Origin: Lachnospiraceae bacterium
GTDB lineage: Bacteria > Bacillota > Clostridia > Lachnospirales > Lachnospiraceae
NCBI GenBank assembly: GCA_017411305.1
Contig: JAFQQI010000079.1
Coordinates: forward strand, 17,463-81,462
DNA: 64,000 nucleotides
Direction of reading: 5' to 3'
Position numbers and translations under genes: made by a program. Below, piece by piece: positions 1 through 10,701 of this stretch. Every line of letters begins with the position of its first letter. Positions within the stretch are counted from its first letter, which is position 1. Under the pieces are notes generated by a model. That model was not told where the DNA came from. It was given only the letters and a program-made list of their open reading frames with translations, and did not search any database.

Positions 1-1
1 A

Positions 2-1075
2 CTACGAATACTTCATATTCTTCCCTACCTGCGCAACCGCAATATAGGTCTTACCTTCATTAATCTGAATTTCATTACCGTTATCATCATAATACTTGGT
101 AGGTGAATAGTCAGAAGTCTTTTTCCAGGTAATATGAATTCCCCGTCCCTTGGTAAAGTAATAGCCATCCATAGTAGAATCGATAGTCTGGAAGGCCAGA
201 TAACCTTTTTCGTCTCTCTTGGCCCAGTTGGTGTTCTGGATAATAACGTTGGAGAAGGTCAGCTGCTCACCGGTCAGACCGTCGGTCTGTGCTTTGCCGT
301 GAATGTTTTTGTGGTACAGACCTGTTTCCGGATTGTATGTAAAGTAGCTCTTGGTATAGCTGAATACTTCGGATAAGTCAATCACGTTACCGGGAATGGC
401 ACCGGGATACTGCTCTAAGGTATTTACTCCGTTTGCAAAAGTAAAGTGGGAAGCATTGTAATATTCCGGTCTGGTTGTTAAGGAATAACCTAAATTCTGA
501 CAGGCACTTGTAATTCCTGCTGCACTGATGTATGCGTTATGAGGCGCCTTGCGGTCAGTGGTACGGTAAAACTTGCCGCTTCCGGGACGGTCACCGCCTG
601 TACCGTATTCATAGGTGCCGGATAAGTTGTTAATATCAGGAGCAGTGATGCGTTCCTGCATATAATATACGCCGCCGAAGTGAACCAGAATAGGATCCCA
701 TTCTGTGGCAATAGTTATGTAATAATCACGGCAGCTCCGGATGTTACCGATACGCTCCAATCCCTGCCAGTTATCGATGACTGCCAGCTGTCTGGAAATA
801 TTTCCTTCTTCCATAATCTCATATAAAATCTTGGCATTGCCGATTCCGTAGGAGGGCTGAGCCGCCTTGTCCGTAGGCATCATAACCGCAATAGGACGCT
901 GGGCAGCCTGGGAAGCAGGAATCAGTTCATTAGTATATACGCTGCGTACCTGTTGTTCCGGCTGGGGTTCTGTAGCAAAAGCAGTACCACCGGGATAAGT
1001 AAATACGGCACCTGCACATAGGAAAAGGGCAAGTCCTGCTGCAATCAGTACTTTTGTCATTTTTTTTGCTTTCAT
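2..1075 (-). CDS. DUF3048 (YerB-like) secreted protein
   Basis: Start trimmed to ATG 1075 behind an AAGGA RBS. Signal peptide plus RPIAVM, QPSYGI, YEIMEEGNISR, GNIRSCRDYY and RKAPHNAY motifs of DUF3048. Confidence 0.8.
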   Translation of the reverse strand: MKAKKMTKVLIAAGLALFLCAGAVFTYPGGTAFATEPQPEQQVRSVYTNELIPASQAAQRPIAVMMPTDKAAQPSYGIGNAKILYEIMEEGNISRQLAVIDNWQGLERIGNIRSCRDYYITIATEWDPILVHFGGVYYMQERITAPDINNLSGTYEYGTGGDRPGSGKFYRTTDRKAPHNAYISAAGITSACQNLGYSLTTRPEYYNASHFTFANGVNTLEQYPGAIPGNVIDLSEVFSYTKSYFTYNPETGLYHKNIHGKAQTDGLTGEQLTFSNVIIQNTNWAKRDEKGYLAFQTIDSTMDGYYFTKGRGIHITWKKTSDYSPTKYYDDNGNEIQINEGKTYIAVAQVGKNMKYS

Positions 1076-1194
1076 AAGATAAAAATCCTTTCTGTAATCC
1101 TTCTGCCCGAAAAAAAGGGGAGAGTAAGAACAGAATACCGCAAAATAGGGGTGGACGTCAATCAAAATAAGCAAAAATGTATGAAAAGGTGTAC

Positions 1195-1223
1195 TTGAGA
1201 TTCCCTATAAAGAATAGTAAAAT
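1195..1223 (+). promoter_or_regulatory. sigma-A promoter of two-component operon
   Basis: TTGAGA-17-TAAAAT. Confidence 0.55.
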
Positions 1224-1246
1224 AGAATTCTATACAGGAGGCAAAA

Positions 1247-1963
1247 ATGAAATACAGGATTTTAGTAGTAGAAGATGATAAAGACATTGCTGAGGTTATC
1301 CGCTTATACTTGGAAAATGAAGGCTATGAAGTGATGTGGGCCGGGGACGGAGCGGCAGGATACGAACTGACGCAGAAAGAAAAAATAAATCTGGCGGTAG
1401 TGGATATTATGTTGCCAAAGATGAACGGATATGACTTAGTCAAAAAAGTGCGGGAGCAAAGTAATATTCCTCTTTTGATTTTGTCTGCCAAAAATTTGGA
1501 TAGCGATAAAATTCTGGGGCTGGATTTAGGGGCGGATGATTATATGACAAAGCCTTTTAATCCGTTAGAGCTGGTAGCCAGGGTGAAATCAAACATCAGA
1601 AGGTATTACAGTTTGGGCAGCAGACAGGAGGATGAGGAGAAGCCGGGAAGCATTTGGAAGGTAGGAGAGCTGGTACTGGACGAAGATTCCGTAACCCTGA
1701 CAAAGAATGGTGAACAGATAGTGATTACACCTACGGAATATAAGATGCTTTCCCTATTCATGAAGTCTCCCGGTAAAGTGTTTACCAAGCAACAGATTTA
1801 TCAGGAGGTGAACGGAGAATGCTATGTTAACGATGACAATACGTTGATGGTGCATATTTCCAATCTGCGGGATAAAATAGAAGATAATCCCAGAGAACCG
1901 AAATACATTAAGAATATCAGGGGAATAGGATATAAAATTGAAAAGATATCAGACGAAAGATAA
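1247..1963 (+). CDS. OmpR-family response regulator
   Basis: Receiver domain (VEDD, DIMLP, KPF) and winged-helix output (HISNLRDKIE, RGIGY). Confidence 0.95.
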   Translation: MKYRILVVEDDKDIAEVIRLYLENEGYEVMWAGDGAAGYELTQKEKINLAVVDIMLPKMNGYDLVKKVREQSNIPLLILSAKNLDSDKILGLDLGADDYMTKPFNPLELVARVKSNIRRYYSLGSRQEDEEKPGSIWKVGELVLDEDSVTLTKNGEQIVITPTEYKMLSLFMKSPGKVFTKQQIYQEVNGECYVNDDNTLMVHISNLRDKIEDNPREPKYIKNIRGIGYKIEKISDER

Positions 1964-3536
1964 AAGTTTATATGTGCTTCTAATAAAAAACTATGTGGTA
2001 TTTACACTGGTAATGGCTATTCTTATGCTGATACTTTACTTTGCGGAAGGGTGGGCAGAACGTCGGATTTTGCAGCCGCCTCGCAGAAATGGGGCCCTTG
2101 GCGGGCAGAACCTGTTGTTGTCAGGAGAGTTTGAAAAACTGAGTATGGAAAAGCTTTTGGGAACTTCAGGTTATTTTGAAATTCTGGATAAAGAGCAGCA
2201 GCTTATTTATTCTGACGCAGAAGAACAAAGAACTTATACACCTAAAGAGATTTCTTATATTCCTGCTTATGGTACGCCACTGACATATGAGGCTACAGAA
2301 TATAGCACCAAGGACAATGAAAAGCAGATACTGATAACCTGTAAAAGGCATGAGTGGGATACCGGTTATGAAGATAACGTATCTTATATGATTCTAAATG
2401 AAAAGTATCAGGTAATTAGCACAACCGCAGATACGAATGTTCGGCAGTTTTCCAAAATGGAACTGGATTATCTGACAGGGAAGGATCGGACCGGCTATGA
2501 AATCTGTAAATATGAATACACCGGAAATGACGGAGAAAAGTATACTTTGCTGATGCATATAAAGGGTATGGACAGGCAAAGGTACAGACAGTTATTATCA
2601 CTCTGGCGGATTTTTATTCCGCTCTATATAGCAGTGTATGTAATCATTACGATAGGCTTTACAGTTTATATTCATCGCAAGGTAAAAGAACCTTTGGACC
2701 TTTTGAATGAAGGGATTCTTAACTTTGCGGAAGGAGAACGGGAGACGGAATTATCTTATCGGGGTCCCAAGGAATTTGAGACAATTTTTTCCAGTTTTAA
2801 TAAAATGGCAAGACAGCTTCGGGAAAGCGAAGAGGCCAAGGAACGGCTGATTATGGAAAAGCAAAGAATGATGGCGGATATTTCCCATGATTTAAAAACA
2901 CCCATAACCGTAATAGCAGGGTATGCGAAAGCAGTATTTGACGGATTGGGAGATCCGGAAACTCAGAAGCAGTATTTGGGAACAATTATACAGAAAGCAG
3001 ACAATCTTACCCGTCAGATTAATACTTTTTATGATTACAGCAAGCTGGAGCATCCGGAATTTGCATTGGTAAAAAAGAAACAGGATTTTGCAGAATTTTT
3101 GCGCACCTATCTGGCAGGCAGATATGATGAGATAGAGCTGGCTGAGTTCCGGCTTGAGGTAGAAATACCTGAGGAACAGATTTTACACAGTTTTGATGAA
3201 GTGCAATTCGGAAGGGTTTTGGACAATATTCTGGCAAATGCCTTGAAACATAATCCAAAAGGGACTACTATATATATAACGTTGCAACAAACGGAAAGAA
3301 CCATTCAGATAGAAGTGGGAGACAATGGTGTAGGGATACCTGAGGAGATTAAGGAGCAGCTATTTGACCCATTTACTGTTGGGGATGATTCCAGACATAA
3401 CAGGCAAGGCTCCGGCTTGGGACTTGCGGTAGCAGCAAAAATAGTGGAGCTTCACGGCGGCGCCCTTTTTCTGGAAAAAGCGGGCAACGGCTATATCAGC
3501 ACACTTTTTGTGATTAGATTAATGAAGGAGAAATGA
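1938..3536 (+). CDS. HAMP-domain sensor histidine kinase
   Basis: Two TM helices, HAMP, H-box SHDLKTP, N-box NALKH, G-boxes DNGVG and GSGLGL. Confidence 0.95.
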   Translation: MKRYQTKDKSLYVLLIKNYVVFTLVMAILMLILYFAEGWAERRILQPPRRNGALGGQNLLLSGEFEKLSMEKLLGTSGYFEILDKEQQLIYSDAEEQRTYTPKEISYIPAYGTPLTYEATEYSTKDNEKQILITCKRHEWDTGYEDNVSYMILNEKYQVISTTADTNVRQFSKMELDYLTGKDRTGYEICKYEYTGNDGEKYTLLMHIKGMDRQRYRQLLSLWRIFIPLYIAVYVIITIGFTVYIHRKVKEPLDLLNEGILNFAEGERETELSYRGPKEFETIFSSFNKMARQLRESEEAKERLIMEKQRMMADISHDLKTPITVIAGYAKAVFDGLGDPETQKQYLGTIIQKADNLTRQINTFYDYSKLEHPEFALVKKKQDFAEFLRTYLAGRYDEIELAEFRLEVEIPEEQILHSFDEVQFGRVLDNILANALKHNPKGTTIYITLQQTERTIQIEVGDNGVGIPEEIKEQLFDPFTVGDDSRHNRQGSGLGLAVAAKIVELHGGALFLEKAGNGYISTLFVIRLMKEK

Positions 3537-3537
3537 C

Positions 3538-3972
3538 ATGGCAAAATTGAAACAAAGTCAGCAACAGGGCGGACTTTCAACAGGAAGAAGAATGTTAAAT
3601 ACACTTTGGGTAGTTGTAATGGTGGTATCCTTTGTGACTTTAATAGGTACCTTATTCGGACATATGGAAGAATTGGGTGCAGTACAATGGGGAGCAAGTA
3701 TTGTAGCAGACTATAAAGAAGAGGGCGGAAGAGTGTATGCAGAGTATTATGATGAAAACGGCCAACAATACCTGTATAATCTGGCAGGACATGACCCCAT
3801 AGTAGACGGGGATAAGGTGACATTATATTACACAACAAGTTTAAGCGAGGCGACTCCCAGAAATACACTGGGTTCTTATATAGGATATTATGTGGTTTTC
3901 GGTGCGCTGTTTGGAGTGAGCTTGTGGAAATTGCGCAAAATGGCGGAAGGAAATCATACCACCTTTTCATAA
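3538..3972 (+). CDS. hypothetical membrane protein
   Basis: Two TM helices, AAGGAG RBS, adjacent to the kinase stop. Confidence 0.7.
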   Translation: MAKLKQSQQQGGLSTGRRMLNTLWVVVMVVSFVTLIGTLFGHMEELGAVQWGASIVADYKEEGGRVYAEYYDENGQQYLYNLAGHDPIVDGDKVTLYYTTSLSEATPRNTLGSYIGYYVVFGALFGVSLWKLRKMAEGNHTTFS

Positions 3973-3994
3973 AAGAATGATGAGCGACAGAAAG

Positions 3995-4029
3995 AAAAGT
4001 GTCCCGGAAAAGCATCCGGGACATTTTTT
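3995..4029. terminator. bidirectional intrinsic terminator
   Basis: AAAAG-TGTCCCGGA/TCCGGGACA-TTTTT between convergent genes. Confidence 0.85.
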
Positions 4030-5116
4030 ATGAGTTCTGATATTTTTCAGCCTGCTCTGTAATTAAGGCATTGTCATCAAAATAATTAATTTTCATGGAT
4101 TTCTTTACATCATCCAATGTCTGGGAGGCAGCTTCCCTGGCAATACGGCTTCCTTCTTTAAGGATGTCATAAACAGCCGGAATCTGTTTTTCCCATTCTT
4201 TTCTGCGTGCACGAATCGGTGCCAGCTCTTCCTGTAATACGTTGTTAAGGAATTTCTTAACCTTTACATCGCCTAAACCGCCTCTGGTGTAGTGAGCTTT
4301 CAATTCATCCAGATTTGCATAATCAGGAAGATAATCTGCAAACATATCGTCTTTGCAGAAAGCATCCAGATAAATAAATACGGGATTACCTTCTACACGG
4401 CCGGGATCGGATACCTGTAAGTGGTTAGGGTCCGTAAACATGGACATAACCTTCTTACGTACATCTTCTTCCGTATCGGATAAGTAAATACAGTTATTTA
4501 AGGACTTACTCATTTTAGCCTTTCCGTCAATACCGGGGAGACGAAGACATGCCTTGTTATCCGGCAGGAGCACCTCCGGCTCTACCAAAGTGTCACCATA
4601 TACGGAATTGAACTTGCGGACAATTTCCTTGGTTTGCTCAATCATAGGAAGCTGGTCTTCCCCAACGGGAACGGTAGTAGCCTTGAAAGCAGTAATGTCA
4701 GCAGCTTGACTGATGGGATATGTAAAGAAACCAACCGGGATGCTTGCTTCAAAATTACGCATCTGGATTTCTGACTTTACGGTAGGGTTTCTCTGCAATC
4801 TGGACACGGTAACCAAATTCATGTAGTAAAAAGATAATTCACAAAGCTCAGGAAGCTGAGACTGGATGAACAGGGTGGATTTGGCAGGGTCCAGTCCGCA
4901 GGATAAGTAGTCAAGAGCAACCTCTACGATGTTCTGACGAACCTTTTCCGGATTTTCTGCGTTGTCAGTCAAAGCCTGTGCATCAGCAATCATAATATAA
5001 ATTTTATCGAACATACCGGAATTCTGCAGTTCTACCCTTCTTCTTAATGAGCCTACATAGTGGCCTACATGAAGACGTCCGGTAGGTCTGTCACCGGTTA
5101 AAATAATTTTGGACAT
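4028..5116 (-). CDS. trpS: tryptophan--tRNA ligase
   Basis: [13 protein letters not shown] (HIGH), VPVGEDQ and KMSKS motifs; ATG 5116 with AAGGAG RBS. Confidence 0.97.
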   Translation of the reverse strand: MSKIILTGDRPTGRLHVGHYVGSLRRRVELQNSGMFDKIYIMIADAQALTDNAENPEKVRQNIVEVALDYLSCGLDPAKSTLFIQSQLPELCELSFYYMNLVTVSRLQRNPTVKSEIQMRNFEASIPVGFFTYPISQAADITAFKATTVPVGEDQLPMIEQTKEIVRKFNSVYGDTLVEPEVLLPDNKACLRLPGIDGKAKMSKSLNNCIYLSDTEEDVRKKVMSMFTDPNHLQVSDPGRVEGNPVFIYLDAFCKDDMFADYLPDYANLDELKAHYTRGGLGDVKVKKFLNNVLQEELAPIRARRKEWEKQIPAVYDILKEGSRIAREAASQTLDDVKKSMKINYFDDNALITEQAEKYQNS

Positions 5117-5271
5117 AATCAAAACTCCTTTTAAAATGATACTATTATTGATTATACACATTTTTGGAAAAATTTCCACAGATTCTTTTGAACAATTCCG
5201 TATTTGTATGGGGAAAGGTGGATTTTCGCCGGAAGATGATTTAAAATAGAAACAGAATCGAGGAAAAGCGT

Positions 5272-5763
5272 GTGAAAAAGAAATGCAAAGAAATCAGTAA
5301 CAGAATATTCGCAGATGTAAGAGAATACGGTTGGACAGCAGTGGTATTTGCTGTTTACTATGTATTTGTACATTTGATAAAAGCAGCATTTTGCCCGCTT
5401 TTGCAAACTACGGGAATTCCCTGCGCAGGATGCGGACTGACCAGAGCCTTTCTTTTCATCATTAGGGGTGAATTTTCCAGAGCCTTATATATTCAGCCTA
5501 TGGCGTACTTTATTATCGCGTTTTTACTGTATTGCGGATTTTTCCGCTATATCAAAGGAAGCAGAATCCGCGGATTTACGCCGGTGTTTATTTTGCTGGT
5601 TTTAGGAATGCTTGTTTTTTATGTAATCAGAATGTGCATATATTTCCCGGACAGAGTTCCTTATGTTTATATGAAGGAAAACACCTTGGCCGAGAGGATT
5701 CCTCTTTATAACGGATGGATAAGGAGTCTGATATCTTCCCTGCGCTCCTTACGGGGATATTAA
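5272..5763 (+). CDS. DUF2752 membrane protein
   Basis: CP...[13 protein letters not shown] signature with TM helices; GTG start. Confidence 0.85.
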   Translation: MKKKCKEISNRIFADVREYGWTAVVFAVYYVFVHLIKAAFCPLLQTTGIPCAGCGLTRAFLFIIRGEFSRALYIQPMAYFIIAFLLYCGFFRYIKGSRIRGFTPVFILLVLGMLVFYVIRMCIYFPDRVPYVYMKENTLAERIPLYNGWIRSLISSLRSLRGY

Positions 5764-5764
5764 G

Positions 5765-6167
5765 AAAACCACCTTGCCGCTTTCGGGAGAAATATTTTCT
5801 TGATAAAGTCATTATACGGGCTTTCGTCGGATTTTTTAGAAACGTCCTTTTCATAAATGCGCTGCCCGGAAGTGACTGTTCGAAAAGCCGTCGCAGAAAT
5901 AGGATATCAGCCTATGAAACTTTTAGAAAAATCTAATCAGCACACTTTAAAGATGATAGTAACAGGCCATTTCAAAACTTGCTCCGCTTCGGACAGTTGA
6001 AATGGCCTGTACATCTTTTAAAGTGTGCTGATTGATTTTTTACAAAAAGTTTCAAAAGGCGTGTATATCCTACTTTCTGCGTGCGGCTTTAAGTTTTCAC
6101 GACGGGCAGTTAATAGGCATATGAAAAGGACGGGTTCAAAAAATCCCGAAAGCGGCAGGATAGTTTT
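5765..6167. repeat. ~400-bp imperfect inverted repeat (fold-back element)
   Basis: Perfect arm segments 5962-5975/5997-6010 and 5935-5951/6017-6033. Near-perfect termini 5765-5788/6144-6167. Pairing continues along both arms with bulges. Confidence 0.9.
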
Positions 6168-7029
6168 ATTTTCTCATCCAACGTCCGGAAGCACCGCAGG
6201 GAAGAATGAGTCCGTTTGAGGAAACCGGAAGTCCGATTTCGGAGGCTTCTACATATCCGCCCAGCTTTTTCACTACGGTTGTATTAATCATGTAGGAAAG
6301 TACAGCAGGCTGTAATCCTGTAGTATAGGAATTGATCAGGAAAAACAGTGCGTCATCGGAAAGGAGCTTGGTAGTAAGTTCAATGAAGGGATAAATACTT
6401 TCTTCGATTTTCCAAATTTCACCTTTAGGTCCCCTGCCATAGGAGGGTGGGTCCATGATAATTCCGTCGTAGGTATTTCCCCGGCGGATTTCTCTTTCAA
6501 CGAATTTCACACAGTCATCCACAAGCCAACGGATAGGGGCTTCGGATAATCCGGAGGAAGCAGCATTCTCTTTGGCCCAGTTAACCATTCCCTTAGAAGC
6601 ATCCACATGGGTAACTGCCGCACCTGCTTTGGCGGCGGATAAGGTGGCACCGCCGGTATAGGCAAAAAGATTTAGTACTTTTACGGGACGGTTTGCTTTT
6701 TGGATGATATCTGAAAACCAATCCCAGTTTGTTGCCTGTTCAGGGAAAAGACCGGTATGCTTAAAGCTGAAGGGTTTTAAGTTAAAAGTCAAATCCTTAT
6801 ATCGGATTGACCATTCCTGTGGCAGGTCAAAAAACTCCCATTCGCCGCCGCCTTTGGAGCTGCGGTGATAATGGCCGTTCATTTTATGCCAGCCCGGGTG
6901 CTTTTTTGGTGTATTCCAAATAACCTGGGGGTCCGGACGTACCAGTAAGTACTTTCCCCAGCGTTCTAACTTTTCTCCCTGTGAAGTATCGATTACCTCA
7001 TAGTCTTTCCATTGGTCTGCAATCCACAT
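6166..7029 (-). CDS. class I SAM-dependent methyltransferase (RlmI/RlmK-like family)
   Basis: HTGLFPEQ, VLNLFAYTGG and DPPSY motifs. Confidence 0.85.
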   Translation of the reverse strand: MWIADQWKDYEVIDTSQGEKLERWGKYLLVRPDPQVIWNTPKKHPGWHKMNGHYHRSSKGGGEWEFFDLPQEWSIRYKDLTFNLKPFSFKHTGLFPEQATNWDWFSDIIQKANRPVKVLNLFAYTGGATLSAAKAGAAVTHVDASKGMVNWAKENAASSGLSEAPIRWLVDDCVKFVEREIRRGNTYDGIIMDPPSYGRGPKGEIWKIEESIYPFIELTTKLLSDDALFFLINSYTTGLQPAVLSYMINTTVVKKLGGYVEASEIGLPVSSNGLILPCGASGRWMRK

Positions 7030-7147
7030 AATAAGTGTCCTTTCAGCGATTTGTTTCTGTACTACTATAGATAATAGTGAAAAAATGTTAAAAAAGCAAG
7101 AAAATTGTGGTATGCTTATAATCGATGAAGATAAGGATGTGCAGGAA

Positions 7148-8551
7148 ATGAAAAATAAAAGATGTGGCGGATGTCAAAAGCAGAGCTGCGACGGCTGTCG
7201 TTTGTTTCTTAGACAAAAATTGCATACAGATAAAGAAATTGCCGGCAACCTGGCAATTAAGATAACAGAAAGACCTAAGAAGGCGGTAGGAATTGCCTTT
7301 GATGTGGGTACCACTACCGTTGCAGCATCTTTGTGGAATTTGAACACGGGAGAATGTATGGGAGCATTGAGCAGTGCAAATCCCCAAAGATGCAAAGGAA
7401 ATGATGTGGTAAGCAGAATTGCTTATTGCATGGAAAATGAAACAGAACACACCCGGGAATTGCAGGGGATGATTACAGAGTGCATGGATATGCTGGCTGA
7501 GAAACTATTGCAGGAATATCAGGTGCAGGAGCCGGTAAGCCATGCCATAGTCGTTGGCAATACCGCTATGTGCCGGCTTGCTTTGGGCGTTTCTGTTTCC
7601 GGGCTTGCCAAAGCCCCGTTCAAGAAAGGCTATACAGGCTGTGTGGTAAAACAAGGCAGAGATATGGGCCTACAAGTATTAGAGTCTGCAAAAGTGACCA
7701 TATTACCTGCAATAGAAGGTTATGTGGGAGCAGATGCCCTTGCGGTATATACTTATGTGAAAAAGATGGGAGCCGGGGAAAACAGTCTGATTGTAGATAT
7801 CGGGACTAACGGGGAAATTCTTTTTATTGGCAAAAACGGCGTCTATACATGCTCTACTGCCGCAGGACCTGCTTTAGAGGGAGCTGCGGTGCAATGCGGT
7901 ATGAGCGCATCTGCCGGTGCAATTGACGGCATCAGACTTGCCGGAAGCTTTCCGGGAGAGGATATTTTTTTAGAAGTCATAGGAGATACCCTACCGAAAG
8001 GAATCTGTGGTTCCGGTTTACTCGATGCGATGGCACTTCTTTATAAGGAGAAGCTTCTTAGTGCTGACGGCTATCTGAAAACAGAAAGAGAAGCAGCAAA
8101 GGACGGTGCCGGCGTCAGACTTTGTAAACGATTGCAAACGGTAGAGGGTGAGAACCGTTTTGTTTTGAAAGACGGAGCAGATCCTGTTTATCTGACCGGT
8201 AGAGATATTAGGCAATTGCAGCTTGCCAAAGGCGCTATCCGGGCAGGAATAGAAACACTTTTGCAAAAGGAGAAGCTGACCGTAGAGGAAATTGATAGCA
8301 TATATCTGGCAGGCGCTTTTGGTAATTATATCCGGCCTGAAAGTGCAGTGGCAATTGGTCTTTTGCCACAGGTGGGTACAGAGAAAATCATACCCATCGG
8401 AAACGGAGCAGGCCTTGGGGCAGCCATGGCACTTTTATCAGAAGAGATCGTAAATGAAATGGTACTTTTATCAGAAAAGATAGTACATGTGGAATTGGCC
8501 CGGGAGAAGGTTTTTGAGGAGCTTTTCCCGGAATATATGAATTTGCCTTAG
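7148..8551 (+). CDS. ASKHA-domain protein, RACo/DUF4445-like corrinoid activator ATPase
   Basis: DVGTTT, DVVSRI, GNTAM, YVGAD, DIGTNGE, AAGPALEG, GICGSG, QLAKGA and LAGAFG motifs. Confidence 0.85.
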   Translation: MKNKRCGGCQKQSCDGCRLFLRQKLHTDKEIAGNLAIKITERPKKAVGIAFDVGTTTVAASLWNLNTGECMGALSSANPQRCKGNDVVSRIAYCMENETEHTRELQGMITECMDMLAEKLLQEYQVQEPVSHAIVVGNTAMCRLALGVSVSGLAKAPFKKGYTGCVVKQGRDMGLQVLESAKVTILPAIEGYVGADALAVYTYVKKMGAGENSLIVDIGTNGEILFIGKNGVYTCSTAAGPALEGAAVQCGMSASAGAIDGIRLAGSFPGEDIFLEVIGDTLPKGICGSGLLDAMALLYKEKLLSADGYLKTEREAAKDGAGVRLCKRLQTVEGENRFVLKDGADPVYLTGRDIRQLQLAKGAIRAGIETLLQKEKLTVEEIDSIYLAGAFGNYIRPESAVAIGLLPQVGTEKIIPIGNGAGLGAAMALLSEEIVNEMVLLSEKIVHVELAREKVFEELFPEYMNLP

Positions 8552-8641
8552 TACATGTCGGGAAGCTTGCTTTTTATCAGAAATTTTGCTAGTATCAATA
8601 AAGTATATAGGAACAAAATACAAAGGTTAAAGGGAAAAGAC

Positions 8642-9451
8642 GTGGACAGATCATTTTTAAAGGATAAAAAAAGAATTGTTGTAAAAATCGGTACTTCTAC
8701 CATTACCCATACGGAAACGGGCAATTTGAATCTGGATAAGCTGGAAAAGTTTGTGCGGGTACTGACCGACTTACACAACCAGAACAAAGAGATTATTATT
8801 GTATCTTCCGGTGCTGTTGGTGCAGGAAGAAAGGCACTGGGAATTCAGGGAAAGCCCAAGACCTTATCCATAAAGCAGGCCTGTGCGGCTGTAGGACAGG
8901 CAAGACTGATGATGATTTATCAGAAGCTGTTTGCAGAATATAACCAGACTATTGCACAGATTTTGATTACCAAGAGAATTATGATTAATGATATCAGCCG
9001 TACCAACGCAGAGAATACATTCCAGGAACTTCTTGGTATGGGTGTGATTCCTATTGTTAATGAAAATGACCCGATTTCTACGGATCAGATTGGAGATGAA
9101 ATTTTCGGAGACAATGATACCCTTTCTGCCAACGTAGCAGAGCTGGTTCAGGCAGACCTTCTTATTCTGCTTTCCGATATTGACGGTCTTTATACGGACG
9201 ACCCGAGAAATAATAAGGACGCGAAATTTATTGATTATGTAGAAAATATAGACGGCGACTTAGAGGCCATGGCCAAGGGCGCCGAATCAACCTTCGGAAC
9301 CGGTGGCATGACGACCAAAGTCGCCGCAGCTAAAATTGCAAATGATGCGGGTGTTGATATGGTAATCGCCAATGGTGACGATGTGCATAACGTTACCCGG
9401 ATTATCAATGGAGAACAGATAGGAACCCTATTTAAGGCTGTGAATAAATAA
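8642..9451 (+). CDS. proB: glutamate 5-kinase (short form, no PUA domain)
   Basis: VVKIGTS, VSSGAV, AAVGQ, NEND, FGDND and GTGGMTTK motifs; likely GTG start at 8642. Confidence 0.93.
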   Translation: MDRSFLKDKKRIVVKIGTSTITHTETGNLNLDKLEKFVRVLTDLHNQNKEIIIVSSGAVGAGRKALGIQGKPKTLSIKQACAAVGQARLMMIYQKLFAEYNQTIAQILITKRIMINDISRTNAENTFQELLGMGVIPIVNENDPISTDQIGDEIFGDNDTLSANVAELVQADLLILLSDIDGLYTDDPRNNKDAKFIDYVENIDGDLEAMAKGAESTFGTGGMTTKVAAAKIANDAGVDMVIANGDDVHNVTRIINGEQIGTLFKAVNK

Positions 9452-10666
9452 GCCGCTACGAAGCTTGGGTTCAAACCAGGTAGATTTAGGAGGCATTAAG
9501 AGCCCTGCATCCGCTACACTGAGAAGCTCGGTAATAGATGTAGGATACATGGAAAATGCCACGGTCATATCCTCGCGGACACGCTTTTCCAGCTCTGCAA
9601 GTCCTCTGATACCGCCGACAAAGTCGATACGGTTATCGGTTCTGGGATCTTCGATTCCGAGAATGGGTCTAAGAAGCGCATTCTGTAAAACGGAAACGTC
9701 AAGACCTTCTACCGGGTCGTCTGACATAAGCGATTTATCTGCTGTTAACAGGTACCAATTACCATCCAGATACATACCAAAGGTTCCTTTTTCTTTCGGA
9801 GAAACGGGAGCCTTTTCTAATGTAACGGTAAAACCTGCTTTTTCTACGGTTGCAAGGAAATCTTCCTTGGAAAGTCCTTTTAAATCTTTTACGACTCTGT
9901 TATAAGGAAGAATAGCTAGCTGATCATCCGGAAACAGTACGGAAAGGAAACGGTTAAATTCTTCATCACCTGTATAAGCGGGGTTTGCTTCGCGACGTTT
10001 TAAGCCAACTTTAACGGCGGAAGCGCATCTGTGATGCCCGTCTGCAATGTAGGTGCAGGGAACTTCTTCGAATAATGCTTTTAACTGCTTGATGGTTTCC
10101 TCATCTGAGATGCACCATGCTCTGTGTGCAATACCGTCATCAGCTACAAAGTCATAAAGAGGTGCTTTTGTCTTCTCTGCTTCTACGATTTCGTTGATGG
10201 CGGAAACGGAGCGGTAAGCAAGGAAAATGGGACCGGTATGAGCTTCTGTAGTATCGACGTGGCGGATACGGTCTATTTCTTTTTCCTCTCTTGTATTTTC
10301 ATGCTTTTTGATAATTTGATTCTGATAGTCGTCGATATCGGAGCAGGCAACGATACCGGTCTGGGAACGGCCATCCATAATCAGCTCATAAATATAGTAG
10401 CATTCTGTTTCTTCTATTACATAGTTGCCCTGTGCGATGCCAGCATCCAGCATTTCCTTTGCTTTGGCATAAACGCGGTCGTCATAGGTGCTGACATCAT
10501 CGGGAAACTGGGTTTCCGCTCTGTCAATAGCAAGGAAAGACAAGGGTTCTTTTTTTACAATTTCTAAAGCTTCCTTACGGTTATATACATCATAAGGAAG
10601 AGCAGCGATGCGGCTTACCAGTGCAGGAGCCGGACGTACGCTTTTAAAGGGTGTTACTTTAGGCAT
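9428..10666 (-). CDS. DUF1015 family protein
   Basis: LPYDV, IKKHENT, YIADGHHR and MPPKSTWFEPKLRSGL motifs. Confidence 0.9.
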   Translation of the reverse strand: MPKVTPFKSVRPAPALVSRIAALPYDVYNRKEALEIVKKEPLSFLAIDRAETQFPDDVSTYDDRVYAKAKEMLDAGIAQGNYVIEETECYYIYELIMDGRSQTGIVACSDIDDYQNQIIKKHENTREEKEIDRIRHVDTTEAHTGPIFLAYRSVSAINEIVEAEKTKAPLYDFVADDGIAHRAWCISDEETIKQLKALFEEVPCTYIADGHHRCASAVKVGLKRREANPAYTGDEEFNRFLSVLFPDDQLAILPYNRVVKDLKGLSKEDFLATVEKAGFTVTLEKAPVSPKEKGTFGMYLDGNWYLLTADKSLMSDDPVEGLDVSVLQNALLRPILGIEDPRTDNRIDFVGGIRGLAELEKRVREDMTVAFSMYPTSITELLSVADAGLLMPPKSTWFEPKLRSGLFIHSLK

Positions 10667-10701
10667 AATGATTCCTCCGTTGTAAAAATGATTTCTGTTA
10701 A

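Noticed and set aside
5117-5271. T-box upstream of trpS
   Set aside because: Only about 155 bp shared with a divergent gene; no T-box consensus or terminator seen.
5765-6167. 6S, SRP, RNase P or tmRNA identity for the rod-like element
   Set aside because: Size and motifs do not fit, and no flanking promoter was identified.
5627-6219. Short ORFs across the fold-back element
   Set aside because: No RBS or motifs; they overlap real genes and the palindrome.
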